DNA of 64,000 bases from Candidatus Saccharimonadales bacterium (lineage in GTDB: Bacteria > Patescibacteriota > Saccharimonadia > Saccharimonadales > UBA4665): positions 1,044-65,043 of the forward strand of contig DATBED010000042.1 of NCBI GenBank assembly GCA_036276195.1, in the 5' to 3' direction. The notes beneath the pieces were generated by a model. That model was given only the letters and a program-made list of their open reading frames with translations, was not told where the DNA came from and did not search any database. This document shows, in pieces, positions 46,024-57,198 of the stretch. The position numbers and the translations under genes are program-made. The stretch's first letter is position 1, and the number at the start of each line of letters is the position of its first letter.

Positions 46024-46883
46024 CTATTAGACAGAGACAAAATATATTTTCCGTAACCGGATTTAATAAGCGGCTCTGCCAATTGCTTAAGCTTGTCTGC
46101 GTTAATGAAACCTTGGCGCCAGGCGACTTCTTCGATGCAGCCAATTTTAAGGCCGGTACGCTTTTCGATGACTCGTATGTATTCACCAGCGTCGTTCATC
46201 GACTCGAAAGTGCCGGTATCGAGCCACGCCGAGCCGCGGCTCATGGTTTGTACTCGCAACTTGCCACGCTTCAAGTACTCCTCATTGACACTTGTTATTT
46301 CTAGCTCGCCACGATCGCTGGGCTTCAGGTTTTTGGCTATATTCACCACCTCGTTATCGTAAAAATAAAGACCGACTACAGCGTAGTTTGACTTCGGCAT
46401 AGTCGGTTTTTCTTCTATAGAAACGGCGTTATGGTTAGCGTCGAATTCGACCACGCCGTAGCGCTCCGGATCTTGCACCTCGTAAGCGAAAACAATACCG
46501 CCATCTGGATCGGAGCACTGTTGCAGGCTGTGTCCAAAAGCCTCTCCGTGGAAAATATTGTCACCCAGAATTAGCGCTACCTTGTCGCTACCGATGAACC
46601 CTTCGCCAATAATAAAGGCTTGAGCTAAGCCATCGGGTGAAGGCTGAGCGGCATACGTTAAATTGATGCCTATATCTGAGCCATCGCCCAATAGGCGCTG
46701 GAACTGGGCTTGGTCATCAGGTGTTGTAATGATCAAGATATCACGAATGCCGGACTGTATGAGTGTGCTGAGCGGGTAGTAGATCATCGGCTTGTCATAA
46801 ATCGGCATGATCTGCTTAGAAATACCCTTCGTAATAGGGTAAAGCCGGGTACCCGACCCGCCAGCTAGAATGATTCCTTTCAT
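46020..46883 (-). CDS. rmlA: glucose-1-phosphate thymidylyltransferase
   Basis: 287 aa. [41 protein letters not shown]. Confidence 0.92.
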   Translation of the reverse strand: MKGIILAGGSGTRLYPITKGISKQIMPIYDKPMIYYPLSTLIQSGIRDILIITTPDDQAQFQRLLGDGSDIGINLTYAAQPSPDGLAQAFIIGEGFIGSDKVALILGDNIFHGEAFGHSLQQCSDPDGGIVFAYEVQDPERYGVVEFDANHNAVSIEEKPTMPKSNYAVVGLYFYDNEVVNIAKNLKPSDRGELEITSVNEEYLKRGKLRVQTMSRGSAWLDTGTFESMNDAGEYIRVIEKRTGLKIGCIEEVAWRQGFINADKLKQLAEPLIKSGYGKYILSLSNS

Positions 46884-47734
46884 TGAGCTAACTCCTTCTT
46901 AATGTATTCCCTTAAGTCATCGTGCCAGTCACGTGGCATGAAGCCTGTGGATTGGATCTTGCCAAGGTCAAACTCGCTATTAAGTGGCCGAGACGCGATG
47001 TCTTCCTTGCCGGTGTAATATTCCACCGTAGTGGTATCTGTTACAGCAAGGTCGAAACCGGCTTCGTGAAAAATCGTGCGGGTAATGTCAGCCCAACTAC
47101 AAACATCACCACCATTACTAATATTGTAAGTACCATATGCAGGTTGGCTTGTTATTAAGTGGTCTATAGCGCGAACAAGTTCACCGGTGAAAGTCAGACG
47201 TCCGACTTGATCCGCAACCACAGTTGGGCTTACACCTTTCTGTCCGAGCCCTAGCATGGTGCGCACGAAGTTCTGGCCTTCACCGATTACCCATGAGGTG
47301 CGCAAAACATAGTGCTTAGGCGACAAGCTAATCGCAATGTCGCCAGCCGCCTTACTTTGGCCATAAACACCTAACGGACTAAAGGCCTCGTCTTCAGTAT
47401 GTGGTGCCTTAGTGCCATCAAAGACATAGTCTGTTGAAATGTGCACTATAGTTATGTCGTTTTGCTGGGCGACTCGGACTAGGTTGGCAACTGCCTCGGC
47501 ATTCACACTCCAAGCCGCTACACGGCCCTCTTGTGTCTCAGCCCTATCGACATTAGTATAAGCAGCAGCATTCAAGATGTACTTTATATTGCTCCAATCG
47601 TAAGAACGAACTGAATCGGTTTTTGTAATGTCCATCTCATTGATGTCTGCACTTTGAGCGCCAGGGTATTGTTGCTTAAGAGCAGTGCCCAACTGGCCGT
47701 TGGCACCAACTATGAAGATTTCGGAATCGCTCAC
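46880..47734 (-). CDS. rmlD: dTDP-4-dehydrorhamnose reductase
   Basis: 284 aa. It has the Rossmann motif VGANGQLG and the YGQSK catalytic motif. Operon position is between rmlA and rmlC. Confidence 0.88.
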   Translation of the reverse strand: MSDSEIFIVGANGQLGTALKQQYPGAQSADINEMDITKTDSVRSYDWSNIKYILNAAAYTNVDRAETQEGRVAAWSVNAEAVANLVRVAQQNDITIVHISTDYVFDGTKAPHTEDEAFSPLGVYGQSKAAGDIAISLSPKHYVLRTSWVIGEGQNFVRTMLGLGQKGVSPTVVADQVGRLTFTGELVRAIDHLITSQPAYGTYNISNGGDVCSWADITRTIFHEAGFDLAVTDTTTVEYYTGKEDIASRPLNSEFDLGKIQSTGFMPRDWHDDLREYIKKELAQ

Positions 47735-48282
47735 TTAAACTCCATTGGCCTTACATCTTTTAGTAAGGGATTAGTACGGTCTTTGTCAGAAATAATTGCT
47801 TGATCTTGGGGGATTGGCCAGTTGATGCCTAGCTGAGGGTCGAAAAGATTAGCGGAGGCATATTGGGCGTCGTGTGACCAATGAGCATTGACCAGATAAG
47901 TATAGGTTATATTTTCCTCAAGAGTTTGGTAGCCATTGGCTACTCCACGAGGCACAAATACTCCTACTTCAGGGGTGATTTCCAGAGTGAAAACCTTACC
48001 AAAATTTTCAGGTCGTAAATCAACCCAAGCGCCAAAGACTCGGCCATTGGCTAGTGAGATATACTTTTCCCAGGGTTCGGCATGCAGGCCACGGGTAACG
48101 CCTTTTTCGGCATTGAATGAAAAGTTGTTTTGGACGGCCTCAAAATGCGGTAGTCCTAGAGCTTCCATCTTGGCACGCTGATAATTCTCTTTGAACCATC
48201 CCCTTTGGTCGCCGTGCAGCACTAGGTCAACCACGAACATGCCCGATATTTCAGTTGCACGAACGGCTAGCTCAGCGGGCAT
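47731..48282 (-). CDS. rmlC: dTDP-4-dehydrorhamnose 3,5-epimerase
   Basis: The start is MPAELAVRATEISGMFVV, using an ATG that overlaps the rmlB stop (TAATG). FKENYQR and RGLHAEPW are cupin motifs. The track start at 48342 was rejected. Confidence 0.88.
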   Translation of the reverse strand: MPAELAVRATEISGMFVVDLVLHGDQRGWFKENYQRAKMEALGLPHFEAVQNNFSFNAEKGVTRGLHAEPWEKYISLANGRVFGAWVDLRPENFGKVFTLEITPEVGVFVPRGVANGYQTLEENITYTYLVNAHWSHDAQYASANLFDPQLGINWPIPQDQAIISDKDRTNPLLKDVRPMEFK

Positions 48283-49286
48283 TACTCGACATCCTCCTTC
48301 ATAAAAGCCGGCACGTAAAGCTTTTCCATGTAGGGTTGCCACCAGTTCGGGTTTTCGCGGTACCAGTCAATGGTTTGGCTTAGCCCTTCCTCGAATGTGA
48401 CACTAGGTTCATAGCCTAGCTCGCGCTGAAGCTTCGAATAATCGATGGCGTAACGACGGTCGTGGCCAGGTCGATCTGTCACAAATTTTTTTAGCTCTGG
48501 CGGCTTATCTAGAATATCTAGAACGCCGTCAGCTATCTGAATGCCGTTTTGCTCCTGACCACCTCCGACACAGTAAGTTTCTCCGGCGTTGCCCTTGTGC
48601 AGGATTAAATCAATGGCTCGACAGTGATCCAGTACAAATAGGTAGTCACGCACACTTTTGCCGTCGCCATAAATAGTTAGCGGCTTGTCTTGCATGGCCA
48701 TTAAAGCGAAAACCGGCACTATATTTTCCGGCACCTGATACGGGCCATAATTGTTAGAACAATTGCTTATGGTGGCGTCTAATCCGTAAGTGTGAAAGTA
48801 AGACCGTACTAGATGGTCGCTGCCAGCCTTGGTAGCCGAATATGGACTGCGCGGATCGTAAGACGTGCTCTCGTTAAACTTGGTGGTGGAGTCCAGTTCT
48901 AGGCTGCCAAAAACCTCATCGGTTGAAACATGATGAAAACGTTTAACGCCGTGGTCACGGCTTAAGCGTAAAAGAACATTAGTGGCAAGAACATTGCTGT
49001 TAACGAAGTTATCAGGATTTTCAATTGACCGATCAACATTAGTCTCGGCCGCGAAATGGGCAACATAATCTACGCCTTGCTCGAAAATCGGCAATAACCT
49101 TTCTTCTTCGACCAAGTCGAATTTATGGAATTCTATATCGTCTTTAATGGGTGCCAGATTTTCGATGTTACCCTGTTGGTTCAGCTTGTCGACAACTACA
49201 ATTTGGTAGTCAGGATAGTGTTGCCGAAGATAATGAACAAAGTTGGATCCTATAAATCCAGCGCCTCCGGTAACAAGTATTCTCAT
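48282..49286 (-). CDS. rmlB: dTDP-glucose 4,6-dehydratase
   Basis: 334 aa. MRILVTGGAGFIGSNFV..., with YSATKAGSDHL (YxxxK). Confidence 0.92.
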   Translation of the reverse strand: MRILVTGGAGFIGSNFVHYLRQHYPDYQIVVVDKLNQQGNIENLAPIKDDIEFHKFDLVEEERLLPIFEQGVDYVAHFAAETNVDRSIENPDNFVNSNVLATNVLLRLSRDHGVKRFHHVSTDEVFGSLELDSTTKFNESTSYDPRSPYSATKAGSDHLVRSYFHTYGLDATISNCSNNYGPYQVPENIVPVFALMAMQDKPLTIYGDGKSVRDYLFVLDHCRAIDLILHKGNAGETYCVGGGQEQNGIQIADGVLDILDKPPELKKFVTDRPGHDRRYAIDYSKLQRELGYEPSVTFEEGLSQTIDWYRENPNWWQPYMEKLYVPAFMKEDVE

Positions 49287-49347
49287 ATGCCTAATAGTAT
49301 ATCAAGCCACTACAGTACTCTTACAACTTTTGCTAAAATAGACTTGC

Positions 49348-50385
49348 ATGATAGTCGTAATTATCGCGGGGGGTTCGGGCACGCGCCTCTGGCCGCTTAG
49401 CACGCCCGATTACCCGAAACACCTGCTCAGTTTGACCAACGAGCGCAGCCTGCTGCAGAACACCTACGCCCGGGTGCGCAAAGTGGCCGAGCCGCAGAAT
49501 ATCTTCGTGGTGTCGGAGGCCTCGCATGCCCACCACGTGGCCGAGCAGCTGGCCGCCGAGGCGCCAGAGGGCAATATCTTGATTGAGCCCGCCCGGCGCG
49601 GTACCGCCTCCTGTTTTCTGCTGGCTTTGAACGAAATCAACCGGCGCGGCCTAGATAATCAGGCCATCTTCTTTTTGTGGTCGGATCATGTCATTAGGGA
49701 TACGCGTGGTTTTGCCAGCACCGCCAACCTGGCCGCCGAACTGGCCGAGAAGCTGGAAAAGATCGTTTTCGTGGGCGTTGAGCCGACCCACGCTTCAACC
49801 GGCTTTGGCTACATGGAAAAGGGCGACCGGTTGCAGAATGGCTTTAAGAACGCTTTCGAGCTTAAACAGTTCGTCGAAAAGCCGGATCTTAAAACGGCTA
49901 CTCAGCACTTCCAAAGCGGTAATTACCTCTGGAACACCGGCTACATGGTAACCACCCGCGCCACGCTGGAGCGCGAGATCCAAGAGCATAACCGGGAGCT
50001 ATGGGAGGCGTATCAAAAACTGTTACAGAGCGACGACGTGGCCCAGATTTATCTGGAATTTGAAAACAAAGTCATCGACAAAGCCCTGTCTGAAAAGGTG
50101 ACCGACGGTCTGGTGGTGCCGGGCACTTTTGACTGGCTGGACGTGGGCTCGTTCCTAGACCTGCACGGCGCCAGCGAGCAAGACGAAAGCGGCAACTACC
50201 TCAAGGGTGGCGTTATAGAAGTCGAGCAGGTAACCAATAGCTACGTCCGTAACGAGCAGGAGCTGCCGGTGGCCGTGATCGGGCTCGACAATGTCGCCGT
50301 CGTCGCCACCAAAAATGGCATCCTGGTGACCAAGAAAACCTACGCCCAAAGAGTCGGCGACGTCAGCAAACGCCTCAAGCAGTAA
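49348..50385 (+). CDS. manC: mannose-1-phosphate guanylyltransferase
   Basis: 345 aa. [27 protein letters not shown]. No C-terminal isomerase domain. Confidence 0.85.
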   Translation: MIVVIIAGGSGTRLWPLSTPDYPKHLLSLTNERSLLQNTYARVRKVAEPQNIFVVSEASHAHHVAEQLAAEAPEGNILIEPARRGTASCFLLALNEINRRGLDNQAIFFLWSDHVIRDTRGFASTANLAAELAEKLEKIVFVGVEPTHASTGFGYMEKGDRLQNGFKNAFELKQFVEKPDLKTATQHFQSGNYLWNTGYMVTTRATLEREIQEHNRELWEAYQKLLQSDDVAQIYLEFENKVIDKALSEKVTDGLVVPGTFDWLDVGSFLDLHGASEQDESGNYLKGGVIEVEQVTNSYVRNEQELPVAVIGLDNVAVVATKNGILVTKKTYAQRVGDVSKRLKQ

Positions 50386-50416
50386 CGCGACCCAGATATT
50401 AAGCTGTCTGTCTGCT

Positions 50417-50764
50417 TCAGTCACCTAGATCAAGATGGATTTTGATAGCCGCGTTTACTTGGTCTAAAATCGCGGTATCTACAATTCCACCCAAAGGGCT
50501 GTCGCCGAGACGCCGCTTATCAACGGTACGGATCTGATTGGCTTTGACTTTGCTGGCGACTTTTAAGCCGCCCGCACCGGCCGGTAGCAGGACTTCAAAC
50601 GGTCTAATATTCTTTGTCCGCGAAGTTAGCGGCAATATCGTGATAGTATCGGCGACTTGGTTGTTAACGTCATTGGATACTACAAGGGCAGGGCGCGTCT
50701 TTTGGATTTCGGAACCAATGGTCGGATCAAGCCGCACCCAGTAAATTTGGCCGCGGCGGATCAC
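50417..50764 (-). CDS. mazF: MazF/PemK-family endoribonuclease toxin
   Basis: VIRRGQIYWVRLDPTIGSEIQKTRPALVVS. GTG 50764 overlaps the antitoxin TGA (GTGA). The track start at 50791 was rejected. Confidence 0.8.
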   Translation of the reverse strand: MIRRGQIYWVRLDPTIGSEIQKTRPALVVSNDVNNQVADTITILPLTSRTKNIRPFEVLLPAGAGGLKVASKVKANQIRTVDKRRLGDSPLGGIVDTAILDQVNAAIKIHLDLGD

Positions 50765-50994
50765 AGACCGTCCCCGGCGGTAGTATCCCAATCCTGGTTG
50801 ATCTGTTTGTCTTCCTTGGCGGCGTCAGTATAAGCCCGCGCAAGGGTAGCGTTTAGCCGGGCTTTATCTTCACGGGCGAATTTTTCTTGGAGTGATTCGG
50901 CGATTAAGGCGCTATGGTTCCGGCTGGCTTTAAGCCGTTGCCCGATTTTTGCCGGTAGCGTAACATTGAAGCGCATGGCATTGTGCGTACTCAT
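50761..50994 (-). CDS. MazE-like (RHH/CopG-type) antitoxin
   Basis: 77 aa from MSTHNAMRFNVTLPAKIGQRLKASRNHSALIAESLQEKF. ATG 50994 is positioned 7 nt after a TATGAT -10 box. Confidence 0.65.
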   Translation of the reverse strand: MSTHNAMRFNVTLPAKIGQRLKASRNHSALIAESLQEKFAREDKARLNATLARAYTDAAKEDKQINQDWDTTAGDGL

Positions 50995-51001
50995 ACACAC
51001 A

Positions 51002-51030
51002 ATCATACACACTTTAATACGCAAAGTCAA
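51002..51030 (-). promoter_or_regulatory. mazEF promoter, leaderless geometry
   Basis: On the minus strand: TTGACT (51030-51025), 17-nt spacer, TATGAT (51007-51002), then ATG 7 nt downstream. Confidence 0.55.
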
Positions 51031-51035
51031 CCCAA

Positions 51036-52466
51036 TTAAGCGTCTAGGGCTTCGACGTTGGCGCTGATAGGCGATTCCCAATCAATCTCTGGGAAGCCGT
51101 GCAGCGTTTCCTTAATAGTTTGGCGCAGCTCTTCGTAGAGTTCCTTAGAGCGGGCTTCGAACTTAATCGTCAAGTACGGCCCGTTTTGCGAGTAACGCAC
51201 CACGAACATGGCGTCTGGCAGTTCCAGGCGCACGCCATCACCGGCTCGCTCGTCGCTAATGACCTCGGCCTCCGGGTAGAGTTCCTGTAACTTGGGAGCC
51301 AGCTTAGCGATCACTTCGCGCTTCTCGTCATCGGAGCAGTAAACCTTAATTTCCGGGCTGGATTCGTAGTGTGGCAATTCGGCGACTAACTCCGATAGCT
51401 TTTTGCCGGAGCGCTCAATTGTTTGCAGCAAGCGCAGAGTTGAGTAAAGCCCGTCATCGTGGTTGTAAAAGTCGGCCGAGAAAAAGAAGTGGCCCGACAG
51501 TTCGCCTATGAAAGCCGCTTTAACTTCTTGGTTCTTTTTCTTTAAAAAAGAATGGCCGGTACGCCACATAAAAGGTTTGCCGCCGTGGGCGGTGATAGTT
51601 TCGGGCACCACCTTAGAGCAGAGAGTGTTGAACATAATTGTAGCGCCCGGGTGTTCTTGCAGCACACCGATAGAGAAAAGGGCGACCAGAACATCGTTCC
51701 AAATAATGTTGCCGGCTTCGTCGACAATACCGATGCGGTCACCGTCGGCGTCGTATGTGAAGCCGACGTCCGCCTGGCTTTCTAGCACTTCATCGCGCAG
51801 CCGTTCCACGACTTGAGTTTCGGTAGGATCAGCTACTCCCATCGGGAAGGTCGGGTCAACCTTAGTGTTGTACTCAATAACCTCACAACCGGCTTGCCTT
51901 AGTAAGTCTGGCGCGATGTCGCCAGCCGTGGTGTTGCTGGGATCTACTACCACCTTGAACTTTTTAGTGATGGGTAAACGCTTTAATAAATCCTTGTAGT
52001 AGACAGGGCGAATGTCGGCTTGCTCAAAACTGCCCTCGGTTTCACCTTGGTCGTAATCTTCTTCTTGGACTAATCGGCAGAGCTCTTGCATGCCTTCGGT
52101 AACCAGTGTTTCCGAATAACCATTGGCGAACTTGAAGCCGTTAAAAGCCGGTGGGTTATGCGAAGCGCTAACGTAAACGCCGGCCGGGCTTTTCAGGTGA
52201 TATTGTGACCAGTAAAACGTGCCAACCAACTGCATACCAATATCGGTAACATTAACACCGGCCCATCTTAAACCCTTAATTAATTCGCGGCTGTATTCCG
52301 GGCCGGTTTCGCGGCTATCGCGGCCAACTACCGCCGTATTGATGTCGCGCCTGGTCAGATAGGTGCCGTAGGCCTTGCCCAAGTGTAGTGCCAATTCCGG
52401 GCTTAAATCTTTACCAACCAAGCCTCTTAGATCATAACCCCGAAAAAGTTGAGTGTTTACCTGCAT
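51036..52466 (-). CDS. phosphomannomutase/phosphoglucomutase
   Basis: 476 aa. The active-site loop is VSASHNPPAFNGFKF and the Mg loop is FTYDADGDRIG. Confidence 0.9.
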   Translation of the reverse strand: MQVNTQLFRGYDLRGLVGKDLSPELALHLGKAYGTYLTRRDINTAVVGRDSRETGPEYSRELIKGLRWAGVNVTDIGMQLVGTFYWSQYHLKSPAGVYVSASHNPPAFNGFKFANGYSETLVTEGMQELCRLVQEEDYDQGETEGSFEQADIRPVYYKDLLKRLPITKKFKVVVDPSNTTAGDIAPDLLRQAGCEVIEYNTKVDPTFPMGVADPTETQVVERLRDEVLESQADVGFTYDADGDRIGIVDEAGNIIWNDVLVALFSIGVLQEHPGATIMFNTLCSKVVPETITAHGGKPFMWRTGHSFLKKKNQEVKAAFIGELSGHFFFSADFYNHDDGLYSTLRLLQTIERSGKKLSELVAELPHYESSPEIKVYCSDDEKREVIAKLAPKLQELYPEAEVISDERAGDGVRLELPDAMFVVRYSQNGPYLTIKFEARSKELYEELRQTIKETLHGFPEIDWESPISANVEALDA

Positions 52467-52475
52467 GAGCCTCCT

Positions 52476-54302
<1,827 letters not shown>

Positions 54303-54309
54303 GCCGCTA

Positions 54310-55449
54310 TTATACCCGCTCTTTCAGGCAATCCCTGATGTAATTTTGGATGTTCTTCTTGAAGACGGCCACCGAGTATTGCTGGGCGTGCTCGGCGATT
54401 GAGGGATAGTCCCAGTTCTTGTTTATGGTTGCTTCCAGAGCATCCTTGAGGCTCTTGACGGTTTGACGCTCGAAGAATAGGCCGGTTTTCCCCTGAATCA
54501 CGTAATCTAACGGGCCGCCCTTGTTATAGGTAATAATCGGGGTGCCAGCGGCCATGGCCTCGACGGCGACCACCCCAAAGTCCTCGACGTTGGTTGGGAA
54601 GATGAAGCCCAGCGCCGTCTGGAAATGCTCAACTATGTCGTGATCATTAACAGCCGTTAAGAAAGTCGTACTGCGGCCGGGCAATTTGTTGGCCAGCCGC
54701 TCCAGTCGCTTGTGATCTGGCCCGTCGCCAATAACGATCAGCGGCACTTTCAGGTCGTCGCAAGCCTTAATGGCCAGGTCAAAACTTTTATAGGGCGTTT
54801 GGCGGCCGGCTACTACAAAGCCGTGGCGCAGCGGCGGCTGGCCCGGGCCCTTAATTTTGAACCGCTCAACTTCCACTGGTGGCCAAATAACCTCCGACTC
54901 GCGCCGGTAGAAGCGCTTAATCATGGCTTGGGTATGAGAGGAGTTGGCAATCAGGTAATCCGGCCGTTTAGCGGCCCGCCGGTCCCAGCGTTTCAGCGGA
55001 CCGATCAGCAACTTAAGCCCCAGCCGGGCCAGCCAATTCAGCCCCAGTGGAAAGCCGGGCTTTTCCAGATAGGCGTCGTGGCGGCTCCAGTAATAGTGGG
55101 TAGGCGCGTGGCAGTAACAGATGTGGACCGTGCTCGAACCGGTCTTTACGCCCTTGGCTTCGGCACCGCTGGAAGACAAGACCAAGTCGTACTCCGACAA
55201 ATCCAGCCGGCTGAAAGTGTAGGCTCGCAGCAGCGGCAGGAACTTTTTGAGGCTTTTAGGCAGCCTTTGCAGCCAAGTGGTGCGGATATCGGCCTCGGCA
55301 AACCAGTCAATTGCCGAAGGGTCGTACTGCGAGGTGTAGATCGGCGCGTCGGGGTAGAGCTGATGCAATTCGTAGACCACCCGCTCGGCGCCGCCAATGC
55401 CAGTCAGCCAGTCGCAGACTATGGCCACTTTTAATTCGCCGTTTTTCAT
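54310..55449 (-). CDS. GT4-family glycosyltransferase
   Basis: 379 aa. EDFGVVAVEAMAAGTPIITYNKGG motif. Confidence 0.85.
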   Translation of the reverse strand: MKNGELKVAIVCDWLTGIGGAERVVYELHQLYPDAPIYTSQYDPSAIDWFAEADIRTTWLQRLPKSLKKFLPLLRAYTFSRLDLSEYDLVLSSSGAEAKGVKTGSSTVHICYCHAPTHYYWSRHDAYLEKPGFPLGLNWLARLGLKLLIGPLKRWDRRAAKRPDYLIANSSHTQAMIKRFYRRESEVIWPPVEVERFKIKGPGQPPLRHGFVVAGRQTPYKSFDLAIKACDDLKVPLIVIGDGPDHKRLERLANKLPGRSTTFLTAVNDHDIVEHFQTALGFIFPTNVEDFGVVAVEAMAAGTPIITYNKGGPLDYVIQGKTGLFFERQTVKSLKDALEATINKNWDYPSIAEHAQQYSVAVFKKNIQNYIRDCLKERV

Positions 55450-55541
55450 TACTCGCTCATTATCTCAAAAAACCCCGCCAATCAGTAATCAAGAAGCTTC
55501 GAGTTGCCGTAAGCTTTGGCCACCATCCTATATGTAAGGGT

Positions 55542-55598
55542 GTTAAATGTATGTACAAATAAGGACTTCCACCTCTAGAGCGTGTACATACGTTTAAC
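55542..55598. other. 16-bp-stem hairpin in a 270-bp intergenic region
   Basis: gttaaatgtatgtaca at 55542-55557 pairs with tgtacatacgtttaac at 55583-55598 around a 25-nt loop. The single non-Watson-Crick pair is U-G on the plus strand and A-C on the minus strand. Confidence 0.5.
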
Positions 55599-55719
55599 AT
55601 GTACGTCCAGAAGGAGGTGCCACAGCCCCGTTATAATTACATTAAGCTACTAGCTCGCTCAAGATGGGGGCAATCTTTTATCCAAGTTTTGGCCAGATAC
55701 CAAGCGAATTAACCCAGCT

Positions 55720-57162
55720 TTAGCCGCGGGCCCCTTTGTGGAACAGCACCACCCAAAAGGTTTTGGCCAAGATGACCATGTCGCTCCAAAAGCTCCAGTT
55801 TTGCACATAAAACAGATCAAGTTGGCGGCGTTCCTCAAAGGTTAGATCGTTAACGCCAGAAATCTGGGCCAGGCCAGTCAAACCCGATTTAACACTTAGG
55901 ATCAGGTTCTTCTGGGCATACTTATCTAATTCTAAAGCTACTAAAGCCCGGGGGCCAACCAGCGCAATGTCGCCGCGAAACACGTTAAATAATTGCGGCA
56001 GCTCGTCTAGGCTGTACAGTCGTAAAAAGCGCCCCAGCGCCGTTAATCGAGGATCGTTAGCTAGCCAGTCGTTGTTGGCGCGGTAGGCCCGCAAAAGATC
56101 CAACCGATCCATTTTGGCGAAGGCCTCTTCCGGGCTCAAACCATTGTAACGGGCCTTAAGCGTGCGGAACTTAAAGATAAGCACCTTGGTGTCAAAGCGC
56201 GTCAAACGCTCCTGCCTGAACACCACCGGCCCCCAGTCGCTTAGCTTAATGGCCACGGCAATCAGCAGCATGAAAGGGGAGGCTATCAGTAAGAATAGTC
56301 CACCTACAATCACATCGGTCAAACGCTTGACCACCCGGCCCCAACCAATTAAAGGCGTCTGGTGCACGGCAATAATCGGCACCGATTGGAACAAGTCCAC
56401 CTCGATCTTACCAACAAACAGCTCGCTGTTGCCTGGCACAAAACGGTAGGCCACATGCTTTTCTTGGGCGTAAGTTAAGATCTCGTCGTTCTGCTCGCCA
56501 TTGGAGTACAGCTCGGTCTGGATAATGGTGTGCAGCTGGCGGTTACGCAGGTGCCCAACGGCTACGGCGAAGTTCTTGTATTGAGTGTAGGGCGTGTTGG
56601 CCTTCAGCGGATGCTTGACGCCACCGACCACTCCCACTACCTTGTAGCCACTAACGGCACTGTCTTTCAGCGACTCAATCAGGCGATGGGTCGTCTTGGT
56701 ATCGCCAACCAGCAGCACGTTGTTGATACCCAGGCCGTAGCCGAACAGCTCCCGCCGGATACCGCGAGCCAGTGTGCGGAACAGCAAAGCGCAAACAAAA
56801 GCCAAGGCGAAGCCATAGATAGTCACCAGCCGAGCTGGGAAGATGACCGTATTCGTCATGTAGCTATAGCTGATGACGAACAAAATGCCAATGAATGAGC
56901 CAACCAACAGCCGCCCCAGCTCGGTAAAGCGTTTTTCGTAAATGCGGTGGTTGTACAGCCCAAGCAGGCCGAAGATCAGGATCCAGAACGGCAGCAGACC
57001 GGTTAGGATGCCAATGTAAGTGTGAGCATGGACGTCGGCGCTCAAGGGGGTATGGTTCAGTGTGACGCGCAGAATATAGGCGATCGTAAAAGCGACGGTG
57101 ATGGCTAAGGCATCGCCAATGATCAGACAAATATTGTAAACAAGCGAAGCATTATTCTTCAT
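55720..57162 (-). CDS. polyprenyl-phosphate hexose-1-phosphate transferase (WbaP/EpsL-type initiating sugar transferase)
   Basis: 480 aa with an N-terminal TM bundle. C-terminal LDELPQLFNVFRGDIALVGPRA is the bacterial sugar transferase motif. Confidence 0.9.
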   Translation of the reverse strand: MKNNASLVYNICLIIGDALAITVAFTIAYILRVTLNHTPLSADVHAHTYIGILTGLLPFWILIFGLLGLYNHRIYEKRFTELGRLLVGSFIGILFVISYSYMTNTVIFPARLVTIYGFALAFVCALLFRTLARGIRRELFGYGLGINNVLLVGDTKTTHRLIESLKDSAVSGYKVVGVVGGVKHPLKANTPYTQYKNFAVAVGHLRNRQLHTIIQTELYSNGEQNDEILTYAQEKHVAYRFVPGNSELFVGKIEVDLFQSVPIIAVHQTPLIGWGRVVKRLTDVIVGGLFLLIASPFMLLIAVAIKLSDWGPVVFRQERLTRFDTKVLIFKFRTLKARYNGLSPEEAFAKMDRLDLLRAYRANNDWLANDPRLTALGRFLRLYSLDELPQLFNVFRGDIALVGPRALVALELDKYAQKNLILSVKSGLTGLAQISGVNDLTFEERRQLDLFYVQNWSFWSDMVILAKTFWVVLFHKGARG

Positions 57163-57198
57163 GAAAATCCGAGGTAAGCTATACTAGATTGTAACATC

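Noticed and set aside
47731-48342. The longest-ORF starts in the track for rmlC (48342), mazF (50791), the mazE-like gene (51081), vapC (14839 and 23667), the second YfhO (42464) and the 12149 ORF.
   Set aside because: In each case an internal start gives a native-looking N-terminus. It also gives a classic 1-11-nt coupling overlap, an SD, or a leaderless -10 at the right distance. The extensions overlap neighbouring genes.
54303-54309. A glmS ribozyme upstream of glmS.
   Set aside because: Only 7 nt separate glmS from the preceding GT4 gene, so there is no room for the ~170-nt ribozyme.
54712-55434. Long antisense ORFs inside GC-rich genes. Examples are 54712..55434, 5118..5666, 15844..16374, 16606..17244, 24300..24782 and 53568..53876.
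   Set aside because: They lie entirely opposite confidently identified genes (GT4, virB4, dnaN, dnaA, gmd, glmS). Their composition is Arg/Ala/Gly/Pro-rich and they carry no motifs. These are typical shadow ORFs of high-GC coding DNA.
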